Assembly: GCA_964016885.1 (NCBI GenBank)
Contig: OZ024749.1
Span: 8,866,001 to 8,930,000, forward strand
DNA length: 64,000 nucleotides
Reading direction: 5' to 3'
Source of the DNA: Eledone cirrhosa
Taxonomy: Eukaryota
Numbering within the stretch: the first letter of the stretch is position 1; every line of letters starts with the position of its first letter. The notes beneath the pieces are model-generated. The model made no database searches. It worked only from the letters and a program-made list of their open reading frames with translations, and had not been told where the DNA came from. Position numbers and translations under genes: made by a program. This document shows positions 11,306 through 26,327 of the stretch, in pieces.

Positions 11306-11646
11306 TGGTAGTAGTGGTAGTAGTAGTAGTAGTAGTGGTAGTAGTAATAGTAGTAATAGTAGTAGTGGTGGTGGTGGTAGTAGTAGTAGTAGGATTATGA
11401 TGTTGTTAGTCGTGACGATGATGATGATGATGATGACGAAGATGATGATGTTGGTGGTGGTGCTGGTGGTAGTGATCGTGACGATGATGGCGGGGAAGGT
11501 CCCGCTACGAAAGTAGGACAACTGAAACGTAACAACAGTTGGACGCTCGCGAAGTTAAACAGAGTAATTTAATAAAGGAACATGAAAACAAAATGGAGAC
11601 TCTCTCACTCTCTCTCTCTATATATATATATATGTCTATATATATA

Positions 11647-11677
<31 letters not shown>

Positions 11678-12426
11678 TTGTATGTATTTATATATATATG
11701 TGTGTGTATGTGTGTGTATATATATGCATATATATATGTATGTGTGTGTTTGTATGTGTGTGTGTGTTTGTATGTATTTATATATATATATATGTGTGTG
11801 TATGTGTGCATATATATATGCATATATATATGTATGTGTGTATGTGTGTGTGTGTTTGTATGTATTTATATATATATATATGTGTGTGTATGTGTGCGTA
11901 TATATATGTATAGATATATATGTATGTATGTATACACTCCACCCACATATATATACACGTATGTGAGTGTGTGTGTGTGTGTATGTGTGTGTGTGTCTGA
12001 GTGTATGTGTGTGAGTGTGAGTGTATGTGTGTGTGTGTGTGTGTGTGAGTGTGTGTGTGTGTGTATGAGTGTATGTGTGTGTGTGTGAGTGTATGTGTGT
12101 GTGTGTGTGTGTGTGTGAAAAACATTATAACGCAGAATATTGAAGAGAACATATTGGAGGGGGGTGATGGTGGGGTGGCAAGAAAATAATGAAGTAGTTT
12201 AAAACAGGGAAAACAACATCAAACAATGAATCCTAAATATATTAGGGAATAAATGTAATAAGAAATTAATTGAGAGTTTCCCTGGCAGACATGACAGAAG
12301 AAATAGGCCAGACTGGATGTCAAGATCGAATGCTCGGATATCGAACTGTAGATTGTCGTCAGATCAATGACCACCTACAAATATATATGGCAATATAATA
12401 TAATAGAAATGGAGGTTAACCTCAAG

Positions 12427-12612
12427 GACGATTGACAGTATCAGTAGAGGGTCGGACTCCATGCTTTGCAGTATAGAGTTATGCTCCTTTACGGTCTGAG
12501 TTCAATTCCCGCCGAGGTTAACTTTGCCTTTCATCCTTACCGGATCGATAGAATAAAGTACCAGTCATATACTGCAGTAATTTCTGGCCTTGTGCCAAAA
12601 GTAGAAACAATT
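12427..12612 (+). mobile_element. SINE family 1
   Basis: Consensus match. Confidence 0.8.
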
Positions 12613-12673
12613 GTAGTTATTTCTACTGTTTTGTATTTGTACTAATTTCATCTACAGATACATTAATACAACT

Positions 12674-12724
<51 letters not shown>

Positions 12725-12730
12725 TATATG

Positions 12731-13201
12731 CAAAAGTTTTATTTAAATTGTTGGGATACAACAAGCAAATGTTTTTATAACTGATATAAAGCACTCAACA
12801 AATATTTGGAGTAGATATACGATATTAATAAATGGAAACTATATTTATAAAACCATATTTATTTCATTATATATATTTCAAGGATACCAAGTTACATTAT
12901 GGTATGCCTTCATCAGACAAAATACAATATATAACAGTTTTATAAATAGACATTGACGTACCCCTTTTAAAAAATTGACCGTTGTTTTTGACTCGAGCTA
13001 CATGCCGGCGAAACAAATAACTATCCTGATGGCCTCCAAAAACAACGGTCAATTTTTTAAAAGGGGTACGTCAATGTCTATTTATAAAACTGTTATATAT
13101 TGTATTTTGTCTGATGAAGGCATACCATAATGTAACTTGGTATCCTTGAAATATATATAATGAAATAAATATAATTTTATAAATATAGTTTCCATTTATT
13201 A
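12731..13201. mobile_element. Fold-back mini-element family B, hammerhead in both arms
   Basis: Arms 12826-12990/13037-13201 (~165 bp); unpaired tail 12731-12825 homologous to 21250-21337 (inverted); (TA)n flanks. Confidence 0.8.
13107..13163 (+). ncRNA. Type I hammerhead ribozyme (mirror copy at 12864-12920 on minus strand)
   Basis: UUGU-CUGAUGA-AGGcAUACCA-uaauguaacu-UGGUAU-CCUU-GAAA-UAUAUA-UA-AUGA. Confidence 0.65.
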
Positions 13202-13307
13202 TCATATATATATATATATGACCTGTCATTTTTATCTAAAGACATTTTTTTTTTTTTCCCCAATTCCATCCCGCCCGTCCCCTCAATGTATCTTATTTCT
13301 CATTCTT

Positions 13308-13343
13308 TCTTCTGATGAAAGACTAGCATCCGAAACGTTAAGA
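13308..13343 (+). ncRNA. Minimal hammerhead motif, family C (stem II damaged)
   Basis: UCUU-CUGAUGA-AAGACUAGCAUCC-GAAA-CG-UU-AAGA; homologs at 45929-45964 (-) and 58132-58167 (+). Confidence 0.6.
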
Positions 13344-13440
13344 CCCTCTTATTGCTATATCAAGCGTTAACCTAATATATCCCTTTCATATACTGTACCG
13401 ATTGTGTTGTTATTTCTATTTACCTTTTACACACACGCAT

Positions 13441-13529
<89 letters not shown>

Positions 13530-13718
13530 TATACATATATATGTATATATATATATATATCCAGGGAGTGTAACGCGGAGTTACTGTAGGTTCACCCGGG
13601 TGAGCACTAATGTTTAGGTTCACATCAGTATCGAGGTGTAGTGCTAGACAGAGTGCAGTATAATAAAAAAAAAAATTAAAAAAGAACGAATGGTTACTCC
13701 TTCATTACGTTTATTGTT

Positions 13719-13795
13719 TGGTGACGCGCGTTTCGCTATTGATCAGCACAAGGTTCGATCTAGCCGGACTCCGTAATCAATGGCTCGTCGGACAT
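13719..13795 (-). ncRNA. Hammerhead-like motif with variant core CCGACGA, family D
   Basis: UGU-CCGACGA-GCCAUUGAUU...GAUCAAUAGC-GAAA-CGCGCG-UC-ACC; homolog at 63662-63746. Confidence 0.55.
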
Positions 13796-13844
13796 CTGTG
13801 GTAGTAATCATATATATAATGGTTTCTTATATTTATATATATAT

Positions 13845-13998
13845 AATTGTTCCTACTTTTGGCACAAGACCAGCAATTATCCCAGTATTACTGCTACTTT
13901 ATTTTATCGACCCTTCGGCGAGATTTGAACTCAGAATGGCAAGGGCCGTAACTCTATACGTCAAAGCATGGTGTCCGACCCTCTACCGATACTGCCAT

Positions 13999-14000
<2 letters not shown>
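13845..14000 (-). mobile_element. SINE family 1 with internal deletion
   Basis: Reverse-complement consensus. Confidence 0.8.
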
Positions 14001-14927
<927 letters not shown>

Positions 14928-14928
14928 A

Positions 14929-15538
14929 GCGAATCTCGATAATTTATGTTTGTATTATTCTCCAGACTCTAGCTATTGATCAGTTAATTTTCTTGATTTT
15001 TTTAGTTGATTCTATTGACTGATGAATAGCTTATGTTAATTTTAACCCTTCTGTTGAGAACTCTATTCGATTTGTGATGTTTTTGCAATCTTGCAAAAAT
15101 ATACACAATTGAATTCATTCGCCTGATATAGAGGTTGCCTCCCTAGCCGATCCCCACGTGGGGTCAGCAATAGTCAGTCCTTGTATTAACATTGAACTAA
15201 AGGCTGTTGAGAAAGTGGCTTCCTTGTTCAATCATCTTACCAGAAGCCTGACATTATTTATGTAAGCGGACGGTATTTGATTTAGGAGCCGCAGAAACCC
15301 ATATACTGGATTTTACCAGCCTTCCAGGGGTCCGGGTAAATTTTCAATACCCGAATTACTTGATCGTTTTTTTTTTTTTGTCTATACGAATGATTGTTTA
15401 ACCATCGTCTCAGTGTGTTTGGCCTTTAACGTTTGTTATAGCTCTGGTTCATCTGAATCATTGAGCACTTGCCACACATCTCGGAGGTTGTTTTTCGTTA
15501 TTTCGTGGGCCGAAATGCGAATCTCGATAATTTATGTT

Positions 15539-15541
<3 letters not shown>
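14929..15541 (+). mobile_element. Dispersed repeat bounded by a 25-bp direct repeat (gcgaatctcgataatttatgtttgt)
   Basis: Direct repeat at 14929 and 15517; 3' part homologous to 46095-46315 (+) and 63172-63400 (-). Confidence 0.6.
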
Positions 15542-15619
<78 letters not shown>

Positions 15620-15651
15620 AGATCAAAAGATGGTTAAAGGAGTTCCATGTA

Positions 15652-15718
15652 TTTTATTATGCGCATTTCAAAAACAAACATCATCATGCAATAATATTTG
15701 TGTTTTCATCAGATAAAA
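15652..15718 (-). ncRNA. Type I hammerhead ribozyme, family F
   Basis: UUUUAU-CUGAUGA-AAACacaaauau...auguuuGUUUUU-GAAA-UGCGCA-UA-AUAAAA; homolog at 63858-63924. Confidence 0.7.
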
Positions 15719-15773
15719 CAGGAGAACATGATATGAAGGCTAAAAAACACTTGTGGATAGTGCAGTTTTAAAT

Positions 15774-15822
<49 letters not shown>

Positions 15823-15824
15823 TA

Positions 15825-16040
15825 TATTATAAAGGAAACGAAAAATCAGTGATGCATCTGGACTTAGTTTATTTCATGTTACAAATGTTTCGCGGGCATG
15901 TAGCTCGAAAGAACCCGCAGAAGTAGAATCAGCCAGATCCATACAAGGGCGATGACTCGAGCTACATGCCGGCGAAACATTTGTAACACGAAATAAACTA
16001 AGTCCAGATGCATCACTGATTTTTCGTTTCCTATATAATA
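15825..16040. mobile_element. Fold-back mini-element with hammerhead 3' half (GAAA-CAUUUG-UA)
   Basis: Arms 15825-15908/15957-16040. Confidence 0.7.
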
Positions 16041-16170
16041 TCTACACTCTACTCTGATGAATATCGAGTGCTAATTTTAGCATACCGCCTATGGATGCCC
16101 CATAGATGCCACTATACACAACTATATATAATTATATACATAAATAAGGATATATATATATATATATATA

Positions 16171-16542
16171 ATTGTTTCTACTTTAGGCACAAGGCCAGCA
16201 AATACCCATTGCATTATTGGTACTTTATTTTATCGACCCCGTAAGGAGGATGAAAGGCAAAGTTAACCTCGGCGGGATTTGAACTCAGATCGTAAAGGGA
16301 CGTAACTATGCTGGAAAGCATGGTGTCCGACCCTCTACCGATACTGCCAATCCAATGATATATAAATATGTATATAATGATATATATATATATATAATTA
16401 TATATATATATAATGATATATATATGTATATATATATATAATGATATATATATAATTGTTTCTACGTTAGGCACAAGGCCAGCAAATACCCAGTACATTA
16501 CTGGTACTTTATTTTTTCGACCTCTGAATGGATGAAAGGCAA
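16171..16542 (-). mobile_element. SINE family 1 (full copy 16171-16354, fragment 16455-16542)
   Basis: Reverse-complement consensus. Confidence 0.8.
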
Positions 16543-17025
16543 AAATGATATATATCTATATATATATGTATATATGTATATATATATATATAGGGGTGAG
16601 GGTGTGTGTGTACATGTAACGTACACTCTTTCATGAATTAATTCATGTTGGGGTCGCAGGGCACGTAATGTGTATATAGTAAGGGGTAGCTTTGCAGAGA
16701 ATGATGGGTCACACCTCAGAATGGAACCCCTCATATTTAGGTTCACAGATCAATCGATGCCACAACATATTTACTTTATACAGGAAAGATAAAGTTGTCT
16801 TCTCTCAAGTATTTCTCTAGAACTCAAATGTCGGAAGAATGAACAAAACATCAACATCCTAACACTTTCAAGAGAACTCTGGTAAACATATTTGCACATG
16901 TGTCTATTTATTTAGATATATATGTGTGTGTGTGTGTGTGTGTACCTGTGTGTGTGTGTGTGTGTGTGTGTCTATTTATTTAGATATATGTGTGTGTGTG
17001 TGTGTGTGTACCTGTGTGTGTGTGT

Positions 17026-17065
<40 letters not shown>

Positions 17066-17135
17066 CTATTTATTTAGATATATATATATAGATATATATG
17101 TGTGTGTGTGTATGTGTGTGTGTATGTGTGTGTGT

Positions 17136-17176
<41 letters not shown>

Positions 17177-17459
17177 AAATTCTATATATAGGTATATATA
17201 TATAGATATATATATATACATACATACATATATATATGTGTGTGTCTATGTGTGCGCGCGCGTGCGTGAGTGTATGAGTGTGCGTGTGTGTATATGTGTA
17301 TGTATGTGTGTGCAATTATACCGCTAAGGTTATATTGGTGATGTAACTCGGGTTTCAGATGGTTCACAATAAATAATAATAAAAACCATCATCATCATCA
17401 TCATCATTGTTATTATTATTATTATTATTATTATCATTATTATTATTATTATTATTATT

Positions 17460-18135
17460 TGAGTCTCAGTCATTGGTGTTATTTAACTGGAAAGTTTGTT
17501 GAAATGAATATCAAGCCACTACCTGCAGCCTCAGATATTCAGGACGTATCGGAGCGTTCTTGGTGTTCCCAGCAAGCATGCCTTTTGAAGTGTTCCAAAA
17601 AGCGGGGCTGGACTAATCTTCTTTAACCATCCTTGGAAACTCTTTGATATTGTACCTAGTGCGCCTATGACAATCGGGGCGACCTTGATTTCATGACAGT
17701 TCCAAATCCTTTTTACCTCCCACTTTAAGTCCTGGTATCGGTTAATTTTCTCGGTCTCCTTTTCTTGCACTCTCGTGTCAAATGGGCAGGCTACATCTAC
17801 AATCGGGCACGATCTTTTTCCTTGTCCAAAACCACCAAATCAGGTCTATTGTGTTCCAGTTTCTTGTCCGTCTGTATCCTAAAATCCCACAGCACCTTCA
17901 CCTGATCGTTTTCTATCACCGACTCTGGCTTATGCTCATACCACTTCTCAGAATGTGGTAAATTGTTTACTTTGCATAGGTGCCAGTGGATCACCCTGCC
18001 CATCACATCATGTCTCCAGCCTTTATAGTGAGTCTGGGCTAGGTGTTTACACTCGGATACAATGTGAGCCACAGTCTCCTCTCTCTCTCCACAGATCCTG
18101 CACAGTGGGCTAGCCTCCTCCTTGTAAATATGGTA
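17460..18135 (-). mobile_element. 5'-truncated restriction-like-endonuclease LINE (R4/Dong-like) ending in (TAA)n
   Basis: HIVSEC..L, RHD, WDFRIQTD, RPDLVV, EKINRYQDL, PIVIGALG motifs (frameshifted); 3' end runs into (AAT)n. Confidence 0.85.
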
Positions 18136-18139
18136 TTTA

Positions 18140-18295
18140 TTACGTCCCTTTACAGTCTGAGTTCAAATCCCGCCGAGGTTAACTTTGCCTTTCATCCTTA
18201 CGGGGTCGATAAAATAAAGTACCAGTAATGTACTGGGTATTTGCTGGTCTTGTGCCAAACGTAGAAACAATTATTATTATTATTATTATTATTAT
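18140..18295 (+). mobile_element. 5'-truncated SINE family 1
   Basis: B box, central domain and (ATT)n tail. Confidence 0.8.
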
Positions 18296-18454
18296 ATTCA
18301 CGTAATTTCTTTCTTTTACAAATTTATTTAACTGAAAATATATTTCGAAGTATAAAGTAGGATTTTTGACGGGGTGAGCAGCTCCCGTCTCCCACCACAC
18401 ACACACACTCTAGCCCCCACCACACATATATACTTACACATAGCCTAACAACCA

Positions 18455-18486
<32 letters not shown>

Positions 18487-19496
18487 TACACTAACCCCAC
18501 CACACATATATACTTACACACACACACCCTAACCACCACACACACACATACACCCTAATCACCACACACACACATATACTTACACACACCCTAACCACCA
18601 CACACCCTACCCATCACACATACACTAACACCCCCAACCCCACCCCACCACCACACACACACATACACAACAACCTACCACTGTCACACACCAACACTGT
18701 AATGCTCATAACACACCAACACACACACACACTAATGCATATTACATACACACACACACACAAACCACATTCATACACAAACACACTAACCTCCGCCACA
18801 CATATACACAAACACACTAACCTCCGCCACCCACATATACACAAATACATTAACGCCCCCGCCTCACACGTACACATACATCTACCCACGTCACACTCAC
18901 GCATAAACACATACACACAAACTCGCACACACACTCATACACATGCACACAAATACACACACAAACACAAACATGCACACATGCACACAAATACACGCAC
19001 AAACACACACACACGCACACATACACACACACACATACACACAAAGAGAGCCCCATCCCCCACACACAGACCCCCCCCCCCCAACACACACACACACACG
19101 TACCCACACAAACATAAACACACGCACACATACACACAAACACACACACTAACACACAAACACACACACTAACACACAAACACACACACACGCACACATA
19201 TACACACACACAGACAGCCCCCCCCCCACACACACACAAACCCACACCATACACGCACACATGCACACACGCACATACAAACAACGACCCCCCACACACA
19301 CACACACACACAGACATGAGAAACCGCATCTCTCTATTAAACTCAATATACTGTAGGTAGATTTTTATTATAATTTTCAATAGAATATTGAACATTTTCA
19401 AAGAGAACAACATTTGTTTAGATCAGAAAAATTATTATTCCTGCTCCGTGATCAAGCGAAAATCACGTTTCATCGAGGGAATGTTGGCATGCATGT

Positions 19497-20850
<1,354 letters not shown>

Positions 20851-20851
20851 A

Positions 20852-21337
20852 TACAATATTAAATAAATGGAAAACTATATTTATAAAACCATATCTATTT
20901 CATTATATATATTTCGGGGATATCATATTAACAATATGCTATGCCCTCATCAGACAAAATACAATATAAACAGTTTTATAGACAAATAGGTTCGACATAC
21001 CGTTATAACACCGACTTCATTTGAAGAGGTTTACTCTGGCCGACAGAGTAAACCTGGACAGCCAGAGTAAACCTCTTCAAATGAAGTCGGTGTTATAACG
21101 GTATGTCGAACCTATTTGTCTATAAAACTGTTTATATTGTATTTTGTCTGATGAAGGCATAGCATATTGTTAATATGATATCCCCGAAATATATATAATG
21201 AAATAGATATGGTTTTATAAATATAGTTTTCCATTTATTTAATATTGTAAATATACTCCAAATATTTGTCGAGTGTTTTTATACCAGTTATAAATATTTA
21301 CTAGTTGTAACCCAACAATTTTAAATATAACTTTCCA
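20852..21337. mobile_element. Fold-back mini-element family B, hammerhead in both arms
   Basis: Arms 20852-21040/21061-21249 (~189 bp, near-perfect), 20-nt loop, unpaired tail to 21337. Confidence 0.85.
20900..20957 (-). ncRNA. Type I hammerhead ribozyme (mirror copy at 21144-21201 on plus strand)
   Basis: UUGU-CUGAUGA-GGGcauagcauauu-guu-aauaugauauCCCC-GAAA-UAUAUA-UA-AUGA. Confidence 0.7.
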
Positions 21338-21361
21338 TATATATATAAATATATATATTTC

Positions 21362-22335
21362 TTTTATTTGCCACTAGGGCATCAAAAGTGGGACAAGTAC
21401 AAAGGGGGGAGTTTACACAAAAAGGCGTCCTCAATAAGGAGAAGGCAATAACAAAATATAAAAATAAAATAAGATATAACAAAAAATAAAATTTTTAACA
21501 AAATCCTCAATAGAGAGGAGGCGCCTTGGGGGGTCGCACACACCCCCGAAAAAAGTGTGCAACTCTTCTCCTCAGGAGCACAGAGAAGGGGTGCTCCCTT
21601 GGTCTTTTATCTTCCTCACCTATAGTCTGATGTAGAGTGAAGGCCCATTCACACGGGCCATTCTCGCCACTTTCACCCATCTTTCATAGAAACGGCTGGG
21701 GTGCAGCACCTCTCTCTCCATCCTGATCCTTCTTCCGAAATGATATCGGAAGAAACGGACCAGTTGTTGGCCAGAGAGAAAGGTGCCTGACCTCAGTCCT
21801 TTCAGACGCGTCCACCATACAACCTCTTTCGCCATGGCTATTACGCACAGAAACACCGCCTCTGCTTCATCTTTGAAGGGGGGAGGCGGCTTGATCATTA
21901 CAATCGACTCGGTGGTCAACCGGATCGGTCCCACCCTTGACAGCAGTTGTTCGACATAGCCCCACAGATCGGCTACGCCCGAGCAGTGTACCAATGCGTG
22001 TGCAACGGTTTCCTCGTCGCACACGCATCTGGGACAGATCTTTTTGGCGGGGTCCCTTCCCGGGCGCCCGTGTCTGTAGAGCCTTTCTCGAACGGGTAAA
22101 GCCCCTCGGTAGCACTGCCAGGCCAGGGACTTCTGGAAGTTGTCCATAGGTCCCGGGCTGAATGTCCTACCGAACAGGCTGGCCAGTTCGTCCTCCTCCA
22201 TGTCTAGGGCTTCTCCGAGGGCGTCGTCGCACCTGCTGCGTACCAGCCCTCTATAGAATGTTGCGGTGGAGTCTCCACTGATAACCGGATCCGCCTGCCA
22301 GAGGGCGGTGAGCGCCTGGGCACACTCAGTGTGCC

Positions 22336-22337
<2 letters not shown>
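21362..22337 (-). mobile_element. 3' fragment of L1/Tx1-type LINE (ORF2 C-terminal zinc-binding region and 3' UTR)
   Basis: ORF 21620-22201 SLAWQCYRGALPVRERL...CPRC...ETVAHALVHC; aataaa-type 3' end. Confidence 0.8.
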
Positions 22338-22388
<51 letters not shown>

Positions 22389-22960
22389 TATATATATAAA
22401 TATATTTATATAGTTATTTATATATATATAAATAAACAAATATATATATAAATAAATCTATATATAAATAAATATATATATATATAAATAAATATATAAA
22501 TAAATATATATATAAATAACTATATATATAAATAAATATATATATAAATAAATATATATATATATAAATAAATATATATATAAATAAATATATATATAAA
22601 TAAATATATATATAAATAAATATATATATAAATAAATATATATATAAATATATATATAAATATATATATAAATATATATATAAATATCTATAAATATATA
22701 TATATAAATATATATATATGAATACATATATATAAATATATATAGTATTTACGTATCGAGAAAGAGAGAAAAAGGAGGGATAGGTGATACATATAGTTAT
22801 TTGCCAAGTAGCGTATGCCAAAGGTGCTCGATACTAGTGCCGGCAGTATTAAATATTCGAAGTGTTAATATTTAGTGGGCTAGAGAGTTAGCAGAGCGTA
22901 AGCACGTGGGAAAGTAAAAAATCGGAGAATAGACCGTTAAAACATGTTTATTTAAAATAT

Positions 22961-23000
22961 CACCTACGTACGTTTCGCCCAGTTGGGCTTCTCAAGGGCA
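22961..23000 (-). ncRNA. Degenerate minimal hammerhead
   Basis: UGCC-CUUGAGAA-GCCC-AACU-GGGC-GAAA-CGUACG-UA-GGUG; 5' core altered, stems intact. Confidence 0.5.
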
Positions 23001-23679
23001 TAAATAATCACAAGTGTTCCTTATATAGTTCGGAAAGAGTTTTTGGGGTTAAATCTACATCAAGATTCATATAAATATATATATATAAATATATATATAT
23101 ATAAATAAATATATATATATAAATATATATATATAAATATATAGATATAAATATATATATATAAATATATATATATAAATATATATATATAAATATATAT
23201 ATATAAATATATATATAAATATATATATATATAAATATATATTTATAAATATATACTTATAAATACATATATATATAAATATAGATATATATAAATATAG
23301 ATATATATAAATATATATATATAAATATATATATAAATAAATATATATATAAATATATATTTATAAATATATATTTATAAATACATATATATATAAATAT
23401 ATATAAATATAGATATATATAAATATATATATATATAAATATATATATATATAAATATATATATATATAAATATATATATATATTTATATATATCTATAT
23501 TTATAGATATATATATTTATATATATATATATTTATATATATATATATTTATATATATATATTTATATATATATATATTTATATATATATATATATTTAT
23601 ATATAATATATATATATTTATATATATCTATATTTATATATAAGAGAGTATTAAAGTTTGCTTGAAGCATTGTGGAATA

Positions 23680-24957
23680 ATAAATAAATATCTTTAAGTC
23701 GTTTGATGCAGCGATCCCGCGAGTGGTGTCACTCATACCAAGCGATTCCTCGAGGTGCTGGGGACGAACGGGTACCCTACCTCGATCACAGACAGAATAG
23801 GAGACACCAGACACAAGAGACAGAGAGGCACCCAAGGCAAGTGCTTCCTTAAAATTCCACACCTGGGCGAGAAAACCACCAACGCTATCCGCAAGGCTAT
23901 ACGGAGGGTGGGCCTCGACATCCACCTGGCCCACTCGGTCCCCTCCCTGCGAAGATGCCTCTCCAAGAAACCCGGGAAATCTACTGACGCATGCTCCCTC
24001 AGAGACTGCCCGATACGCCATGCGAAATGTTGCCTACGCACATACGTCGTGTATAAGATAGAATGTGACAGGTGCAACCAATACTACATAGGTAGCACAA
24101 TCCGACCTTTGCACATCCGGATCAAGGAACACACTAAAACCAGGGCTTCGTCTTTCCGGAAACACATAGACAAATGCCGAAACAAAGACGGAAGGCCCAT
24201 TGTCACAATTCTAGCGACTGAAAGAAACGTCGGCACGTTACGTATCAAGGAAGCACTTTTTATCAAACACCTGCAACCGCAAATAAACAACCGATTAGAG
24301 AGAAGTGAAATGAGATGGCTGGTTTAAGTTAACAAACGATGTAGCAACACACAACACACGGACACACAAACGAGACAACTACACACACACACAGTAGCAT
24401 TCCACCATACGAACATACTACACTGCCAATACAGAGGAACAAGGCAACAACACACGCACACACACACACACTCAAGCGAGACAACACACGCACACAGACA
24501 CAGACATTTAACAAACAGGCAGAGAATGGACTGACAGCTAGCGCCACCCCACTCCCTCATTCGGCCGCTGACCTCTGCCCGACCGACCCCATTTCACGCG
24601 CACGCGCGCTCTGCCGAATACCTCAGATATTCAAAACAACAAACAGCGGAGGACGCGTTTCGCACCTGTCCGACAGACAACGTTTACCCCGGAAAAAAAC
24701 CCCAGTTGATGTATGTGAATCCGAAATATATAGGGACTATTAAATCTCTCCCAATGTAACTCTATCTTGTGTTGTTATTTTTATTTTATCCTTTATACTC
24801 TTCCCTTCTTTCTTCTACTCATTTACACATCTTTACACACCACGCATCTCAACGTACACCCACTTACATCTCTCTCCCCACCACCGGATCTTGTTACCCA
24901 GAGATTTACCCATTTGCATTGTTGAGGCTTCCAAACGGCTTAAAGATATTTATTTAC
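23680..24957 (+). mobile_element. 5'-truncated Penelope-like element (GIY-YIG endonuclease C-terminus and 3' pLTR)
   Basis: ORF 23755-24327 NGYP...C..C..C..VVYKIECDRCNQYYIGSTIRPLHIRIKEH...EALFIKHLQPQIN; short inverted terminal match taaataaatatctttaag.cgtttg; decayed hammerhead at about 24701-24735. Confidence 0.9.
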
Positions 24958-24959
24958 TA

Positions 24960-25042
<83 letters not shown>

Positions 25043-25091
25043 TTATATATATATTTATTTATATATATATTTATTTATATATATATTTATT

Positions 25092-25123
<32 letters not shown>

Positions 25124-25178
25124 AATATATATATATATAAATATATATATATAAATATATATATATATAAATATTTAT

Positions 25179-25211
<33 letters not shown>

Positions 25212-25271
25212 AATATATACATAAATACATATATATATAAATATATACATAAATAAATATATATATATATA

Positions 25272-25307
<36 letters not shown>

Positions 25308-25390
25308 AATATATATATATATAAATATATATATATATAAATATATATATATATAAATATATATATATATAAATATATATATATATAAAT

Positions 25391-25423
<33 letters not shown>

Positions 25424-25442
25424 AATGTATATATATATAAAT

Positions 25443-25525
<83 letters not shown>

Positions 25526-25556
25526 TATATATATATAAATATATATATATATAAAT

Positions 25557-25589
<33 letters not shown>

Positions 25590-25608
25590 AATGTATATAT
25601 ATATAAAT

Positions 25609-25715
<107 letters not shown>

Positions 25716-25719
25716 AATA

Positions 25720-26165
25720 TCACGTCACGATTCTCAGCCATTTTGAATTTGTTTCTGGCGGGGATCAATTTAGAAAATTACTTGTCCTATGAGTGTGTCC
25801 TGACGAGTTCGAAGCTCGAGATTTTATCCTTAATAGGATTTCTCAAAATGCGAACGACCCGAGAGTAGAGACATAATCCTGGTAAGTGAGTACGCATTTC
25901 TTCTAACTTTAATTTTATACCTAATTGTGTATGGTCGACAGTATATTTAGTCGATTTCCACGTGCTGTTAAAATGTTGGGTAAATATTTTATGGCGGTCG
26001 GCCGCGAAGAGATTGCTGTCGTTTATGTATATAATATTTCTTCATAGGTGTCTTTTAATCTTATAGCCTGGTCTAATTGATTTTTTATGTGGTTGATTAT
26101 GCTAATTGGGAGAGAAAATGGTGTATATATATTATCAAATGATTCTATGGACATACTTTATAGTA
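25720..26165 (+). mobile_element. Family A pLTR-like repeat with decayed hammerhead (25796-25873)
   Basis: UGUC-CUGACGA-GUUC-(insert homologous to that at 176-252)-GAAC-GACC; GAAA lost. Confidence 0.6.
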
Positions 26166-26327
26166 TATTGCTCTGATTATTTAATTTATTAATTCATCAT
26201 TGAGCCACATCGTGAATGGTTGCCAAAACACATATATCTCTGACTTATTTAGTTTGTGTATATGTAAATCTTTATATTTAATAATCTCCCATTAAGTTGA
26301 GATGCAATTTGGGCAATATTGGGCTGC

